From positions 124,001 through 188,000 of the forward strand of contig JAAILG010000007.1 of assembly GCA_012026655.1 (NCBI GenBank): a stretch of DNA of 64,000 bases, in the 5' to 3' direction. A program made the position numbers and the translations under genes. Within the stretch, counting starts at the first letter, position 1; every line of letters starts with the position of its first letter. This stretch comes from Hydrolagus affinis. Its lineage: Eukaryota. A model generated the notes under the pieces. The model searched no databases. It worked only from the letters and a program-made list of their open reading frames with translations, and was not told the DNA's origin. Of the stretch, positions 12,196-23,608 are shown one piece after another.

Positions 12196-12474
12196 AACCT
12201 CCCACTTTTAGAAGGAAACTTGAGCATACTGAGGTAGTAAAAGCCTGTGAAGTCACTCTCGAATGCGAGGTGACTGGTACAGGTCCCTTTGACGTTACGT
12301 GGTATAAGGAAAACAAACAGATTTCGTCTAGCGAAAAGTACAAGATGATCACACAAAACGCTGTAGTTAGCCTTCTCATTTTGAAGGTGGATGTCTCAGA
12401 TGCCGGTGACTACAAGTGCACGGTTGCAAATGATGTGGGAAGTTGTACCTGTAATTGCGGTCTCAAATTGAAAG
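12196..12474 (+). CDS. ttn: Titin Ig exon class C (279 nt)
   Basis: tag|EPPTFRRKLE...LKLK|gtcag. Confidence 0.95.
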
Positions 12475-12628
12475 GTCAGTTGAAATCCAATAGGATGTTG
12501 TTCTGCGATACCGCAGAATATAGTTTAAATCTCACTCTTAACAGGATCTAGAATCATTTGATTATCATTTGGGAGAAGAAGGGAGCAGAGAGCTTAATTG
12601 TATTTTATGACTCTTTATCTTAAACCAG

Positions 12629-12907
12629 ACCCACCATCGTTTGTAAAGAAGATTGAAAATGTTACAACTTTTGCTGGAAATTCCGCAGTGTTTCAATGCC
12701 TGGTAAAAGGCTCACAACCTTTATCCATAAATTGGATGAAAGATCAGGACGATGTCAAGGAAGATAATAATGTCATAATTTCTTTTGAGAATAATGTGGC
12801 CGCTCTGCAAATTATATCTGTTGAAGCAAAACACGGTGCAAGATACGTCTGTCAGGCCAAAAATGATGCAGGGATTGAGAAATGTTTTGCTACATTGAGA
12901 GTAACAG
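12629..12907 (+). CDS. ttn: Titin Ig exon class D (279 nt)
   Basis: cag|DPPSFVKKIE...LRVT|gttgg. Confidence 0.95.
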
Positions 12908-13044
12908 GTTGGTAGCTGGCACTCAGCTTTATAATTGGACAATGCATGCAAACCAATCATTGGCAAGTTCAAAATTGTTGTACCTCATCTTACTTTGTTT
13001 CATATCATACTTTGTTTCATATCATGCTTTGTGAATTATAGCAG

Positions 13045-13545
13045 TGAATGGCACAGAAAGAGGCTATTTGACCCATCACATCTGTGCTCTCCGACTACAG
13101 CTAATTCCATTCCCTTGCTCTTTCCGCATACCCTTTAATTTTCTCTCTAGTATTTACCCAATTCCCTTGTAAATGCTATATGGACTCACGGTCCAAAAAC
13201 CATTTGCGTGAAATTATATATTTTTAAAACTTTTATCCTCTCATTCTTCTGGTGATAATGCTCAATTTACGTTGAACAGTGGAAAATAGTTGATCATTAT
13301 TTGCCCGATCAAAACCCATTTTCCATCCCATTTTCCACCCAGTTATCATTTTGAAAGCCTCCAGCAGGCCCTCCCTTAATTTTCCCTGTTCTAATAAAAA
13401 TAGTCCCAACTTTTGTAAATCTCCCCACTTTACATATAACCCCTCATTCCCCCTAGTAAATCTCCACTGTACCCTCTCAATGAATTTGATCCCCTTTTTA
13501 TAGTAAGATGCCCCACACTGGATCTAATACTTCCAATTGTGTGTT
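13045..13545 (-). mobile_element. Old CR1-type LINE 3' fragment
   Basis: 'cacagaaagaggctatttgacccatc' reverse CR1-like tail followed by a pyrimidine-rich body; recognised by pattern only. Confidence 0.5.
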
Positions 13546-13647
13546 GCATAAATTTAACATTGCCTCTTCTTTGCTTTTGCATTCAAGAGAAAGCTGCATT
13601 CAAATGTCAAGTATGTGAACATTACAGTGCAATTTCTTTTCAAACAG

Positions 13648-13926
13648 AACCCGCAAACATTATAGAAAAAGCAGATTCATGCAATGTAACTATTGGAAAT
13701 CCGGCAATTTTGCAATGTACTGTGACTGGCACACCAGACTTAAGAGTAAAATGGTTTAAGGATGGAAAGGAACTGACATCCGACAGACATTATACATTGA
13801 GCTTTGAGAAAATGGTGGCCAGTCTAAGGATTATGTCTGTAGAGAAGACGGATAGTGATGAATATACTTTCGAAGTCCAAAATGACTTTGGAGTCAGCAG
13901 TTGCAAAGCTTCATTGACAGCAATAG
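13648..13926 (+). CDS. ttn: Titin Ig exon class E (279 nt)
   Basis: cag|EPANIIEKAD...LTAI|gttgg. Confidence 0.95.
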
Positions 13927-14060
13927 GTTGGTGTTTTTTCCATATATTGGAACATTGGAAAGTTTAGATATAAAAGAAATATAATTGAGACATATTCTTC
14001 AGTGTGTGTTAAAAAAAAGTTGAATTTTGAAGCTGATTGGTTGTGCTTTATGTTGTGCAG

Positions 14061-14348
14061 ATCGAATAATTCCACCAACATTTATGAAAAAATTGAAGGA
14101 TATGAGCAATGTATTAGGGTCTTCCGTTTCTATGGAGTGCAAAATCGCTGGCTCTCTTCCAATGAGCATTTATTGGTATAAGGATGATGCAGAGATATCA
14201 GATAGCACTAAATATAAAATCTCAGTGCAAGATAACATTTCAACTTTGGAGATTAATCAACTTGATATCGCAGGTGGTGGAGTTTATTCTTGCAAAGTAT
14301 CAAATGTGGCAGGAAGCGCTGAATGCAGTGGTGCATTAACAGTCAAAG
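14061..14348 (+). CDS. ttn: Titin Ig exon class F (288 nt)
   Basis: cag|DRIIPPTFMK...LTVK|gttgg. Confidence 0.95.
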
Positions 14349-14596
14349 GTTGGAAATAGTACCTTATTATCTTCCGCTCAATTTTTCTAATGCTTTTAAC
14401 ATAAAAAATGTCAACAATTTATTTTAAATACCCGCTGCTTTAAATACCGGTATCGTTCGAAAGTTTTAAATAATCATTCTATGAATTGCGTTATCGGAAA
14501 TTTATGCCGCTCATAGCATAAGCTTTCTGCAATCCATGGATCTTCGTATGCGCTTCTTCTTTCAATGTGCACAATTTCTCTTCAATGAATTTTTAG

Positions 14597-14875
14597 AACC
14601 ACCAAGATTTGTGGTGAAGCCAATTTCACAGGGAGTTTCTCGTGGTTCAAGAGTACAATTTAAGAGTGTTGTGCAAGGAACGCTCCCGCTCTTTTTCAAA
14701 TGGTTTAAGGATGACAAGGAGCTAACTGCTGCGGCTACATGTATCATTGTGAAGGAAACTTCCTCCAGCTCTATTGAACTGTGTTCAGTGAAATCTTCTG
14801 ATACAGGATACTATACTTGTCACGTCACCAATGATGCTGGCGTAGACACTTGTACTGCAAAACTGTCCGTAACAG
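14597..14875 (+). CDS. ttn: Titin Ig exon class A (279 nt)
   Basis: tag|EPPRFVVKPI...LSVT|gtgtg. Confidence 0.95.
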
Positions 14876-15278
14876 GTGTGGAATTCTGTGTTGTGTTGGT
14901 ACTGTACATGTTATCTGTTGGGTACATGTCCTGTTTGTCCTATCTTTTATCTATTTCTTTATCTTTCTGAGTGTTCTCAGTACATTTGTCTAATTATGAT
15001 ATTCATTACAATAATTTTACATTAGAATCTTAGCGTCTTCATTGCATTCTTTTTTTTATTTGTTCTTTCATATGTTAATCGTTTGTTATGTTATGTTATG
15101 CTAACCACCATTTATTTGGTAATAACAAGTGTCAAACTTAATTTTTTTTTCTCTCACTTGCTGTTTTATTCAGTCTTTCTTGGTGTATTTCTTTCCTGTT
15201 TCATGACTTTAAAGCCATTCCTCAAAAATGGATATATTGGTAAACTTTGCACTAAGTGTATCTCATTTGATTTCCTAG

Positions 15279-15560
15279 AACCTCCATCCATTAGTCAGAA
15301 GCTGGAGCCTACCAGAGTGCTGAAGAAGGGTGAATCAGCACATTTTGAGTGCAGAGTGACTGGCACGCCCGAAATCAAGATCTCATGGTTCAAGAACGAC
15401 AGTGAAATTAGAGCAAGTAACAAATACAGAATGTCCTTCGATAAATCTCTGGCCGTTCTTGAGCTAGCTGAATCTGACGTGCTGGACAGCGGTGATTACA
15501 TATGTGAAGCGCACAACGATGCAGGCAGCGTGAGCTGTAGTGTTGCTGTCACAGTCAAAG
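15279..15560 (+). CDS. ttn: Titin Ig exon class B (282 nt), first domain of the 10-domain super-repeat
   Basis: tag|EPPSISQKLEP...VTVK|gtggg. Confidence 0.95.
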
Positions 15561-15663
15561 GTGGGAATGATTGTTGACAAATTGTGTTTGCCTTTGCCTC
15601 ACAAGGTTCTACAGCTTCTTTGCCATGTACGAATCAATGAAACCAATGAATGTTTTCTTGCAG

Positions 15664-15942
15664 AACCCCCTGCGTTCATTAAAACGCTGGAGTCCGTTCA
15701 CGTACTGAAAGGCACTGACGTCATTCTCCAGAGCACGCTGACTGGCACAGCTCCTTTTGAAGTCACCTGGCACAAGGACAAACGGCAAATCCGAGCCAGT
15801 AAAAAATACAAAATGACTTACGAAAACTATGTAGCATGTCTTCATATTCTTAAAGTGGAAACCTCAGACGTAGGTGAATACCAGTGCATGTCCAAGAATG
15901 ACGTGGGAAGCGACAGTTGTACTGGCACGTTAACGCTCAAAG
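15664..15942 (+). CDS. ttn: Titin Ig exon class C (279 nt)
   Basis: cag|EPPAFIKTLE..KGTDVIL...LTLK|gtttg. Confidence 0.95.
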
Positions 15943-16058
15943 GTTTGTCAATCTTTTTCCAATTTACTTTTCTTACGTTTCTGGTGTGGGACTTGCAAGA
16001 AAAGAGATGCTGAGGTTCGTTCTCCATAAATCTTGCTCTCGTGTCTTTAAATCTCCAG

Positions 16059-16337
16059 AGCCGCCTTCGTTTGTGAACAAACTTTCCAATGCGTCTTCTG
16101 TCCTTGGAGAGTCAGTCACTTTGCAGGCTACCATTAAAGGTTCCGAGCCCATTCATGTCACTTGGCTGAAGGACAAGGAAGAAGTGCGAGATCACGAGCA
16201 CGTGACAACATCCTTTGAACAAAACATTGTCACCTTACACATCGCAAAAGCAAAAGTCATCCATGCCGCAAGTTACACTTGCCAGATCAAAAACGATGCT
16301 GGAATGCAAGAGTCCACTGCTACAGTATCAGTCCTAG
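16059..16337 (+). CDS. ttn: Titin Ig exon class D (279 nt)
   Basis: cag|EPPSFVNKLS...VSVL|gtcag. Confidence 0.95.
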
Positions 16338-16483
16338 GTCAGCAATCTAGAGACAGTTCCTATTCGATGTTTACGGATATCCATAACGTTAAATCCATAT
16401 TTAACAGTTCTCCGGACTACTAGTTGATCATTTCCTTTGCGTATCAAAAGATGTTTGTAACGCAAAGTGTTCTTATCTTACAG

Positions 16484-16762
16484 AGCCAGCCACCATTGTG
16501 GAGAAGGCAGAGTCTGTCAGTGTGACTGCCGGAGATACAACAGTTCTGGAATGTGTTGTGGCTGGGACACCAGAACTAAAAGTTAAATGGTTCAAAGATG
16601 GTAAAGAACTGGTGTCCGGCAGAAAATATAAGATCAGTTTTCAGAACAAGATCGCCAGCTTAAAGCTTCTTTGTGGAGAGAGGGAAGATTCAGGACAATA
16701 TACGTTTGAAGTCCAGAATGATGTTGGTACAGATAGCTGCAAAGCAACAATCAATGTTCTAG
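16484..16762 (+). CDS. ttn: Titin Ig exon class E (279 nt)
   Basis: cag|EPATIVEKAE...INVL|gttgg. Confidence 0.95.
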
Positions 16763-16887
16763 GTTGGGTTCATTGTCATTTATTCTTTATCCTGTTTTTC
16801 TTAAAGATGTTCTTAAATTCTTTATTTTATCTTTTGAAAAGAAAAACTTTTGTAAATCATTGGGCTGTTGGTGTGTCTCACAAACAG

Positions 16888-17175
16888 ATCGCATTATTCC
16901 GCCATCATTCATCAGAAAATTAAAGAAAGCCGATGGTATCCTGGCCTCTCCCATCCTAATGGAGTGTAAATTGTCCGGATCAGCGCCCTTCACCATCTCC
17001 TGGTTCAAAGATGGACAGGAGATTGCACATGAAGCAAAATACGACATCTCATTTGCAGATAACACATGTAATTTAAGAATCAGCACACTGGAAACTTTGG
17101 ATGCTGGCAATTATACCTGCAAAGCAACAAACGCTGCAGGAAGTGATGAATGCAGTGGTATCTTGACGGTGAAAG
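16888..17175 (+). CDS. ttn: Titin Ig exon class F (288 nt)
   Basis: cag|DRIIPPSFIR...LTVK|gtcag. Confidence 0.95.
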
Positions 17176-17834
17176 GTCAGTTGATTTCTCATTGCAGATA
17201 TCAAGGCTTTTCTTTTCATCTCGACGATTCTTATATTCAAATGATTTATTTTTTAATATAACTTTCTGTACTTTTTCATAGTAAGTGACTTATTGGGGCC
17301 TCTCAGTTCACCATGTTGTGTAATGCGCTATTGAGTAATGCAGGTCGGGGAGGTGTCTGGGGGGAATCTCTGGTCTGTGTGGGTTCAGCCTGTCTAAGAT
17401 GGGGCAGGGGTGGGATGCTAAATTAGCTTTGAGTTTGGAAAGGAGAAAAATCAACCAGGGTCCCCTCTCTCTTCTTCACTGGTCAGTAATGCCTGCTAGA
17501 AGTCTACACATGTGAATGTTAAATAGCTGACAAGATGGACTTGTTTGCAATTTCCTCCTTCCCTGTTTAAATACTCCTCTTCCGAAACTCACCATCTTGG
17601 CTACAATTTTTTTTTTAAAAATGGACCATTTGGATGAAATATCAGAGGAATATTGGTGTTCTGTGTAACAATATCCAGGCACGACAAACCACCTTTAGAA
17701 GAGAAGAGGACAAATGTATTTTTTATTTAAAAGGAAGTTTTTTTTAGTTAGAGTGAGAAGATGCAGCTTACTCTTAATGATAATCTCTATCAGTTAAATG
17801 GATGTCTTAATCCATTTTCTTTTGACCCATTCAG

Positions 17835-18113
17835 AACCACCCTCATTTGTGAGCAAACCTGAATCTCAGAAGGTTTTACCTAAATCTACAGCAAGATTTA
17901 CATCTGTTGTTACTGGAACCGTCCCACTGAAGGTTAAGTGGTTTAAAGGTAGCACTGAACTGGTAACTGGAAGAAAATGTCATATTTCTTTGACTGACTC
18001 AGTGGCGGTACTCGAACTACTGAGCGTAGAACCATCTGAAAGTGGAGACTATATCTGTCAAGTTAGCAATGACGCTGGCAAAGATTCCTGCACAACAAAT
18101 CTCTTTGTGAAAG
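17835..18113 (+). CDS. ttn: Titin Ig exon class A (279 nt)
   Basis: cag|EPPSFVSKPE...LFVK|gttgg. Confidence 0.95.
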
Positions 18114-18211
18114 GTTGGTGAAAGTACAAATTGCAAACCATCCCCATAAAAGTTCACATTGTGCTGCTGGGATCGTTTTTGACCACTTTGTTTTTTGTGT
18201 GTCTTTACCAG

Positions 18212-18490
18212 AACCAGCCGTGTTCCAGAAGAAACTAAAGGATTCCAGCATTGAACTGAACAAGTCCGTCTGTCTGGACTGCACCTACTCTGGAAGCCCA
18301 GAAATTAAGGTTATCTGGAAGAAAAATGATTTCGAATTATTTCAATCTGAAAAATATACCATAACCACCACCGATAAGTCTTGCATATTAGAAATTCATC
18401 ACAGCGTTAGTGACGATGGTGGGAAATACACTTGTGAGGTGGAAAATGATGCTGGAGGGGATATTTGTCATGCTGAAGTCACTGTATTAG
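18212..18490 (+). CDS. ttn: Titin Ig exon class G (279 nt)
   Basis: cag|EPAVFQKKLK...VTVL|gtttg. Confidence 0.95.
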
Positions 18491-18659
18491 GTTTGTTAAA
18501 TCTATATTTTTTGTACTTGCCAACTTGCAACTGCATTCTGCTATTTAGCTGATCTAATTTATCTAATCGAAGTGCTACTGTAAGCACTTTAAAATACCTT
18601 GAACATGTGATAAGGTGCTTTATCAAATGTAAAAATTATTATAATTATTGTTATTACAG

Positions 18660-18938
18660 AACCACCAACATTTGTCCATGAATTGGTGCCTTTGGAAGTC
18701 ACACTTGGTGATGCAATATCTCTGTCGTGTATCTTGACTGGAACCCCTGAAATTAAAGTGTCTTGGTACAAAGGAGACACTAAGCTGAGAACAATGCCTA
18801 ACGTTGGGATGGCGTTTTACAACAATGTGGCCACACTGGAACTGAAGAAAACAGCTTTGAGTGACAGTGGAGAATATGTTTGCAAAGCGGAAAATAGAAT
18901 TGGCAGCTGTTCCTCAATGGCCACGCTGACTATACAAG
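18660..18938 (+). CDS. ttn: Titin Ig exon class H (279 nt)
   Basis: cag|EPPTFVHELVP...WYKGDTKLR...LTIQ|gtgaa. Confidence 0.95.
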
Positions 18939-19026
18939 GTGAACGCTGCTTTGCGGTTTGATGTGTTTATGCTAAACTCAATTGTTTGTCTGCACATCTT
19001 AATCTTTTTGTTCTTCCAAAAATGGA

Positions 19027-19412
19027 TGTCAGCTTGGCTCAGTGGTAGCACTCTCACCTCTGAGGCAGAAGGTTGTGGGGTCACAAAGGAAATCATTGTC
19101 TAAGATGTCACTCCAATGTGGCGCTGTTGCATTGCCAGATCTGCCGTCCTTCGGATGAGATGTTAAACATAGGTCCCTGTTCAGGTGGATGTTAACAATC
19201 CCACGGTACTATTAAAAAAAAAAGAAGGGCATTCTTCTGGTGTCTTGACCTACAGTCCCCCAAATAAAATTGGTCATGTTTCATGGCTGTTTGTGGGACA
19301 TTGCTGTGTACACAATTGCCTGCAAATTCACAGTCACTCCATTACACAGTAAATTCTCTGAAGTTCTTTGAGATGTCGTGATAAGGCGCTGTACCAAAAT
19401 GCAATTATTTAT
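19027..19412 (+). mobile_element. Near full-length DeuSINE (SacSINE1/AmnSINE1-like; tRNA head, Deu domain, L2-like tail)
   Basis: Head 'ggctcagtggtagcactctcacctctgaggcagaaggttgtgg', core 'gccgtccttcggatgagatgttaaac...caggtggatgttaacaatccc...gctgtttgtgggacattgctgtg', tail 'gataaggcgctgtacc..aatgcaattattatt'. Confidence 0.8.
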
Positions 19413-19474
19413 TTATAAAATCTCATTAACCCAAGGCTTTTAAAATGCTTACTTTATGACTATCTATTTTGCAG

Positions 19475-19762
19475 AACTTAAAACTCCACCTTCTTTCACA
19501 AGAAAATTGAAGAACATGGAGGAAACCGTGTGTCGGCCAGTGAAATTTGAATGCCGCTTGTCTGGTTCGGCTCCAATTGAAACTTCTTGGTTCAAAGACG
19601 GTGTAAATTTGTCCAGTGGAGGAAATGTAACAATATCTTTCGCAGAAAACCTGGCAACTCTTAATATTCTTAATGCTGGAATGGCCGATGCCGGTGAATA
19701 TACTTGCAAAGCTTCCAACATGGTTGGAGATGCCTCATGTACTTCAACACTAACTATAAAAG
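19475..19762 (+). CDS. ttn: Titin Ig exon class I (288 nt)
   Basis: cag|ELKTPPSFTR...LTIK|gtttg. Confidence 0.95.
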
Positions 19763-19934
19763 GTTTGTTGGGTTAAAACATTACCAATCACCTGCAGATT
19801 TTAGTCTCTATTCTTATCTTTTACCTTTGTCTGGAGTTATTCTATCATGCACCTGTCTTTGCAGTAAGTCAGTCCCATAGAACTGAAGTATTCAATGATT
19901 AGAAATTAATTGTTTTACATGTTGTGACTTTTAG

Positions 19935-20222
19935 AGGCCAGAGTCGCTCCTGAGTTTGACAAAACACTAGAAGCAATGGAAGTCATAGCTGGGGACCCAG
20001 TGGAGCTTGAATGCCATGTAATTGGCTCTACTCCTATCAAAGTGTCCTGGCTGAAGGATAACCGAGAGATCCGATCTGGTGGTATCTATAAGATGACCTT
20101 CGAGAACAATACATCTCACTTGACGATTCTAAAAGCAGAGAAGGGAGATTCTTGCCAGTACACTTGTCAGGCCAGTAATGACGTCGGCAAAACCTCTTGC
20201 TCAGCAGTGGTGACTGCAAAAG
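19935..20222 (+). CDS. ttn: Titin Ig exon class J (288 nt; I77-like)
   Basis: tag|EARVAPEFDK...REIRSGG...VTAK|gtatt. Confidence 0.95.
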
Positions 20223-20364
20223 GTATTGTTCGATAACTCCCATTTATGTCTGTCTTTCTCCAAATGTCTGTCATTAACTAATGAGGTAAAGGTTAAAGAG
20301 TTGCTGTTTAGCCATATGAAAAATCTGTCGGGTGAAACTGCTGGATTAGTCCTTCAACAAGTCT

Positions 20365-20625
20365 GTTGCACTAGTGTGTTCAACAGGACAGTGTTGGGAA
20401 TGTTTAGGATTTTGTTTTATACATTTATCGTTTGAAATGTACCAAAGGCGATACGCCAGAAGTAAAAATGAAATGGTTCAAGGAGAAAAAATGTAATAAC
20501 CTTGAGAATAATGTGCATAAAGTGGCCAGTGTAAATGTTCTATCTAAGGAGAAGGTGGGTAGCGAGTCAGAGGTAAATGTGCCCTTGAGATGTAGAATGA
20601 GAGCAGAAGACTCTTTGACACTATT
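20365..20625 (+). pseudogene. Decayed titin Ig pseudo-exon, class E
   Basis: Translates LKC..GDTPEVKMKWFK...KVASVNVLS; nucleotide matches to exon 2900-3178; internal deletions and donor lost. Confidence 0.8.
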
Positions 20626-20740
20626 TTTGTGATGTCCATATACATCAGATATTCTAAAACAATACATTATTAGTAAGATTTGATGTGAAGTTACAAATAA
20701 TTTCCTGTTTCTGGCTGATAGACTGCACTGTGTTGCACAT

Positions 20741-20999
20741 TTTAAATCATTGCTACATCATTTGCAAAAAAAAAGAATAGACAAGGGGCTTAAGTGTATA
20801 TGAAAGTAAAGAGATTGGTTCTGTTCGTAATACACTGATGAACAAGGGGAGAAATATTAGATAGTTACAGATATCACATGCTGCATTTTCAAGGTAATAC
20901 ATCAGTTGTCGTGATGTCAATCACTAGAAGTCATAGAGCAGGGCATTTATTCTTGAGAAGTGACAAATTGAGGAGAAAATGAAGCATTTACCAAACAAG
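20741..20999 (+). pseudogene. Decayed titin Ig pseudo-exon, class F
   Basis: 'gcactgtgttgcacat|tttaaatcattgctacatcatttgcaa' aligns without gaps to 'gctctgtgttggacag|atcgaatgattgctccatcatttacaa' (exon 3567); acceptor AG>AT, indels and stops. Confidence 0.8.
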
Positions 21000-21514
21000 A
21001 CTTGAAAGATTTCCTTGTCATCTAGATAAATTTCTAAGGGCCTCTGAGGCTAATGAATCAACAAATACAGATACAGATAAATCTTTCTAGGTAGTTTCAC
21101 TTGTTTTTCGTTTGCGTTCTCGGTGAATATCTGTACTCCTCAAGTGGAGATGTTATTGAATGGAACGTTGATTTGATTTTTGTCACACAATTAGTCTGAA
21201 AAAATGCTCCAAACTTGAACACCTTCTACTTTAACCGGGCAACATTTCAATTGATACCCTGACCAACCTTAACAATTTTCTCGGGAAACTGAGAAATTGA
21301 GCCTCTACCAAAAGGGATGAGACTTGCCAAACCCAATTTATGATGAATTCCTTCCTTCAGCATGTAGTCAATCGTACATAGGTTGGATTCATAACCAGAG
21401 GAGAGCAGAGCGTGTGTGAGCACTGTGCCACTAGGGATGTTTCTAAGTTTTTACTCTTCAGAGGATTTCTTTCTTGGAAGAAAAATTCATGTTTGCTGGG
21501 TCTATCTGTTACAG

Positions 21515-21802
21515 AACGTAAAATCCCACCAAGCTTCACGAAAAAGCCCCTTGAAAGTATACAGGATACAGAAGGCAAGGCAGTAAAACTGGAAGCTCGT
21601 ATTTCTGGTTCTCAACCTCTGTCTGTAACATGGTTCAAAGATGAACAGGAGATCTATCAAACTGAACATGAAATATCATTTAAGAATAATGTGGTGCTGT
21701 TGAACATGAAGAAAGCACTTCCCATTGATTCTGCTGTTTATACATGCAAGGCTTCTAATGAAGTGGGATTTGCATCATTTACCGTGTCTGTGCTCATCAA
21801 AG
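21515..21802 (+). CDS. ttn: Titin Ig exon, I78-like (288 nt)
   Basis: cag|ERKIPPSFTKKP..DTEG.AVKLE...VLIK|gttag. Confidence 0.95.
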
Positions 21803-22263
21803 GTTAGTCACCAAAGCAATTATTAATCAATGTGCATGACAACAGTGGGTGGGAATTTTAATCTGTCGAAACGCTGGTGCCTTTTTTATTTCACGGAATG
21901 TCTCTGCAATCTTGATGTATTTCTTTTTAATTCACCTTATTTAATTATTTGTACGCTAAGTATCCGTTCAGTGTGGAAAGAGTTCAAATCACGTGAAACT
22001 AATTTAAATGGATGAAACCTCTTTTTGGGGCATGGTTACCCAAGTTTGGGCAAATTGACTGGATTAAACGGTGTGTGGACGGAGGGAGGTAAGTATTCGC
22101 TTTATTAACTAATCATGCAGTGCTCACTTGGTTTAAAAAAAGAGGAGTTTAGTGTGGGTAAGGGGCAGCAATGGATAGCTTCAAGGCATCTGCATTTTAC
22201 AAAGAGTTTGGCCTCATATGATTTTCACTTGAAATGCTGACCATGTATTTTTCATTGCTCTAG

Positions 22264-22551
22264 AGCTTAAAAAGCCACCTGTCTTCGATGTACCACTCAA
22301 ACCACTGACAGCAACTGAAGGAGAGTCACCTCAGCTTAGCTGTCACGTCCACGGAGGTGAACCTATTAGGATCCAGTGGCTTAAAGACAGAAAAGAAATA
22401 AAAACATCTGACAAATTCCTAATGACCTTCACCAGTGGCACAGCTGCCCTGGATATCAAACAAGTGATTAAGACAGACAGTGGCGACTATCTGTGCAAAG
22501 CCACAAACGAGGTTGGAAGTGACTCTTGCAAAGCCAAGCTAACAGTTCAAG
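22264..22551 (+). CDS. ttn: Titin Ig exon, I79-like (288 nt)
   Basis: tag|ELKKPPVFD...LSCHVHGGEPIRIQWLK...LTVQ|gtatg. Confidence 0.95.
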
Positions 22552-23443
22552 GTATGCAAGCTGACGTAATATATATTATATTGTTGTTCATAGAGGTTTC
22601 TTGCTCACTGTAAGAATAATATAGGGAGAGAACTACCATCTATTTAATGCAATTTCTCCTGGTCACCTGTTTAGGCATTTTGTCCAAACTCCAGTGTGGT
22701 GAGGCAAGCTTTTATATATTTTTTCCTTTCTAGCTAACTATTCTCACTGCCAAATGTGCCCGTGTATGTAAATCCATTTTGTCTACCATGCTTTTGTCCC
22801 TATGTCAGCAGAAGAAAAAAAAATAATGGTTGATCAGGAAATGAGACTTGGGCTGCACAAGGGGAATTTCAGGAGGAAGTATGGAGATGGATAAGAATGC
22901 TTAAACCAAGTGCTTCTGCATGTTGATCAAGTTCCTCTTTTTCAACCATTCAATGATCAATAAAGGCCCTAGTTGTGTGTGTGTCCCACCCCAGTATTGG
23001 GGACTCTTCTCAAGCATAACAGTGAGCGAAAGCACTATATTGATAGATTGTATTTATCGTTTGAACAGGAGTGTTCAACAACAGGTATCAATTAACAGAT
23101 TTTTGAGAAATATAATATTAATTATTCTGAACTAAAATACTGTAATGATCTTTAAAATTAAATTGAACATATTGGAATGCAAACTGAAATGCCAATTGAC
23201 TCTAATTTATTTAAAGTTGTCATGGCAAAAAGCTGATTTTCCATTCCACATGTATCCATAACCAAAAGTTTGCTTAATTAGTAAACAATATATGTGACGC
23301 TCTTTAGATTTTTTAGCTTTTAAATATTGTCAAGGAAACCTTAAGTTACTGATCAATTCCTTATGGAAAATTCCAAACCATGCACATAAGTTAAATGCTA
23401 AAATAGTTGAATTTCAAATAATTTTTTACTTGTTCTGATTTAG

Positions 23444-23536
23444 GAAAAACCATCCCAGCCAAGAAAGTGGCCACTCCATCAGAACCAGGCAACATCTTCT
23501 TCATTGAGGAACCAAAGAATACAACAGTAACAGAAA
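23444..23536 (+). CDS. ttn: Titin N2A exon: linker and start of I80 (93 nt)
   Basis: tag|GKTIPAKKVATPSEPGNIFFIEEPKNTTVTE|gtaag; not in the ORF track. Confidence 0.9.
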
Positions 23537-23608
23537 GTAAGCACACCTCCAAGTATTTTCTTTATTGTTTATTGAGTTAAAGAGACTCGTGTGTGGAAAA
23601 AAAATACA

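Noticed and set aside
1156-19721. Many minus-strand ORFs overlapping Ig exons (e.g. 1156-1338, 3898-4317, 11447-11914, 16787-17110)
   Set aside because: Antisense shadows of the titin reading frame; they recur only because the sense exons are paralogous and show no independent protein signature.
20833-20855. CTGATGA...GAAA on the + strand resembling a hammerhead core
   Set aside because: No helix II or helix I/III complementarity, and it lies within the class F pseudo-exon, so it is a chance match.
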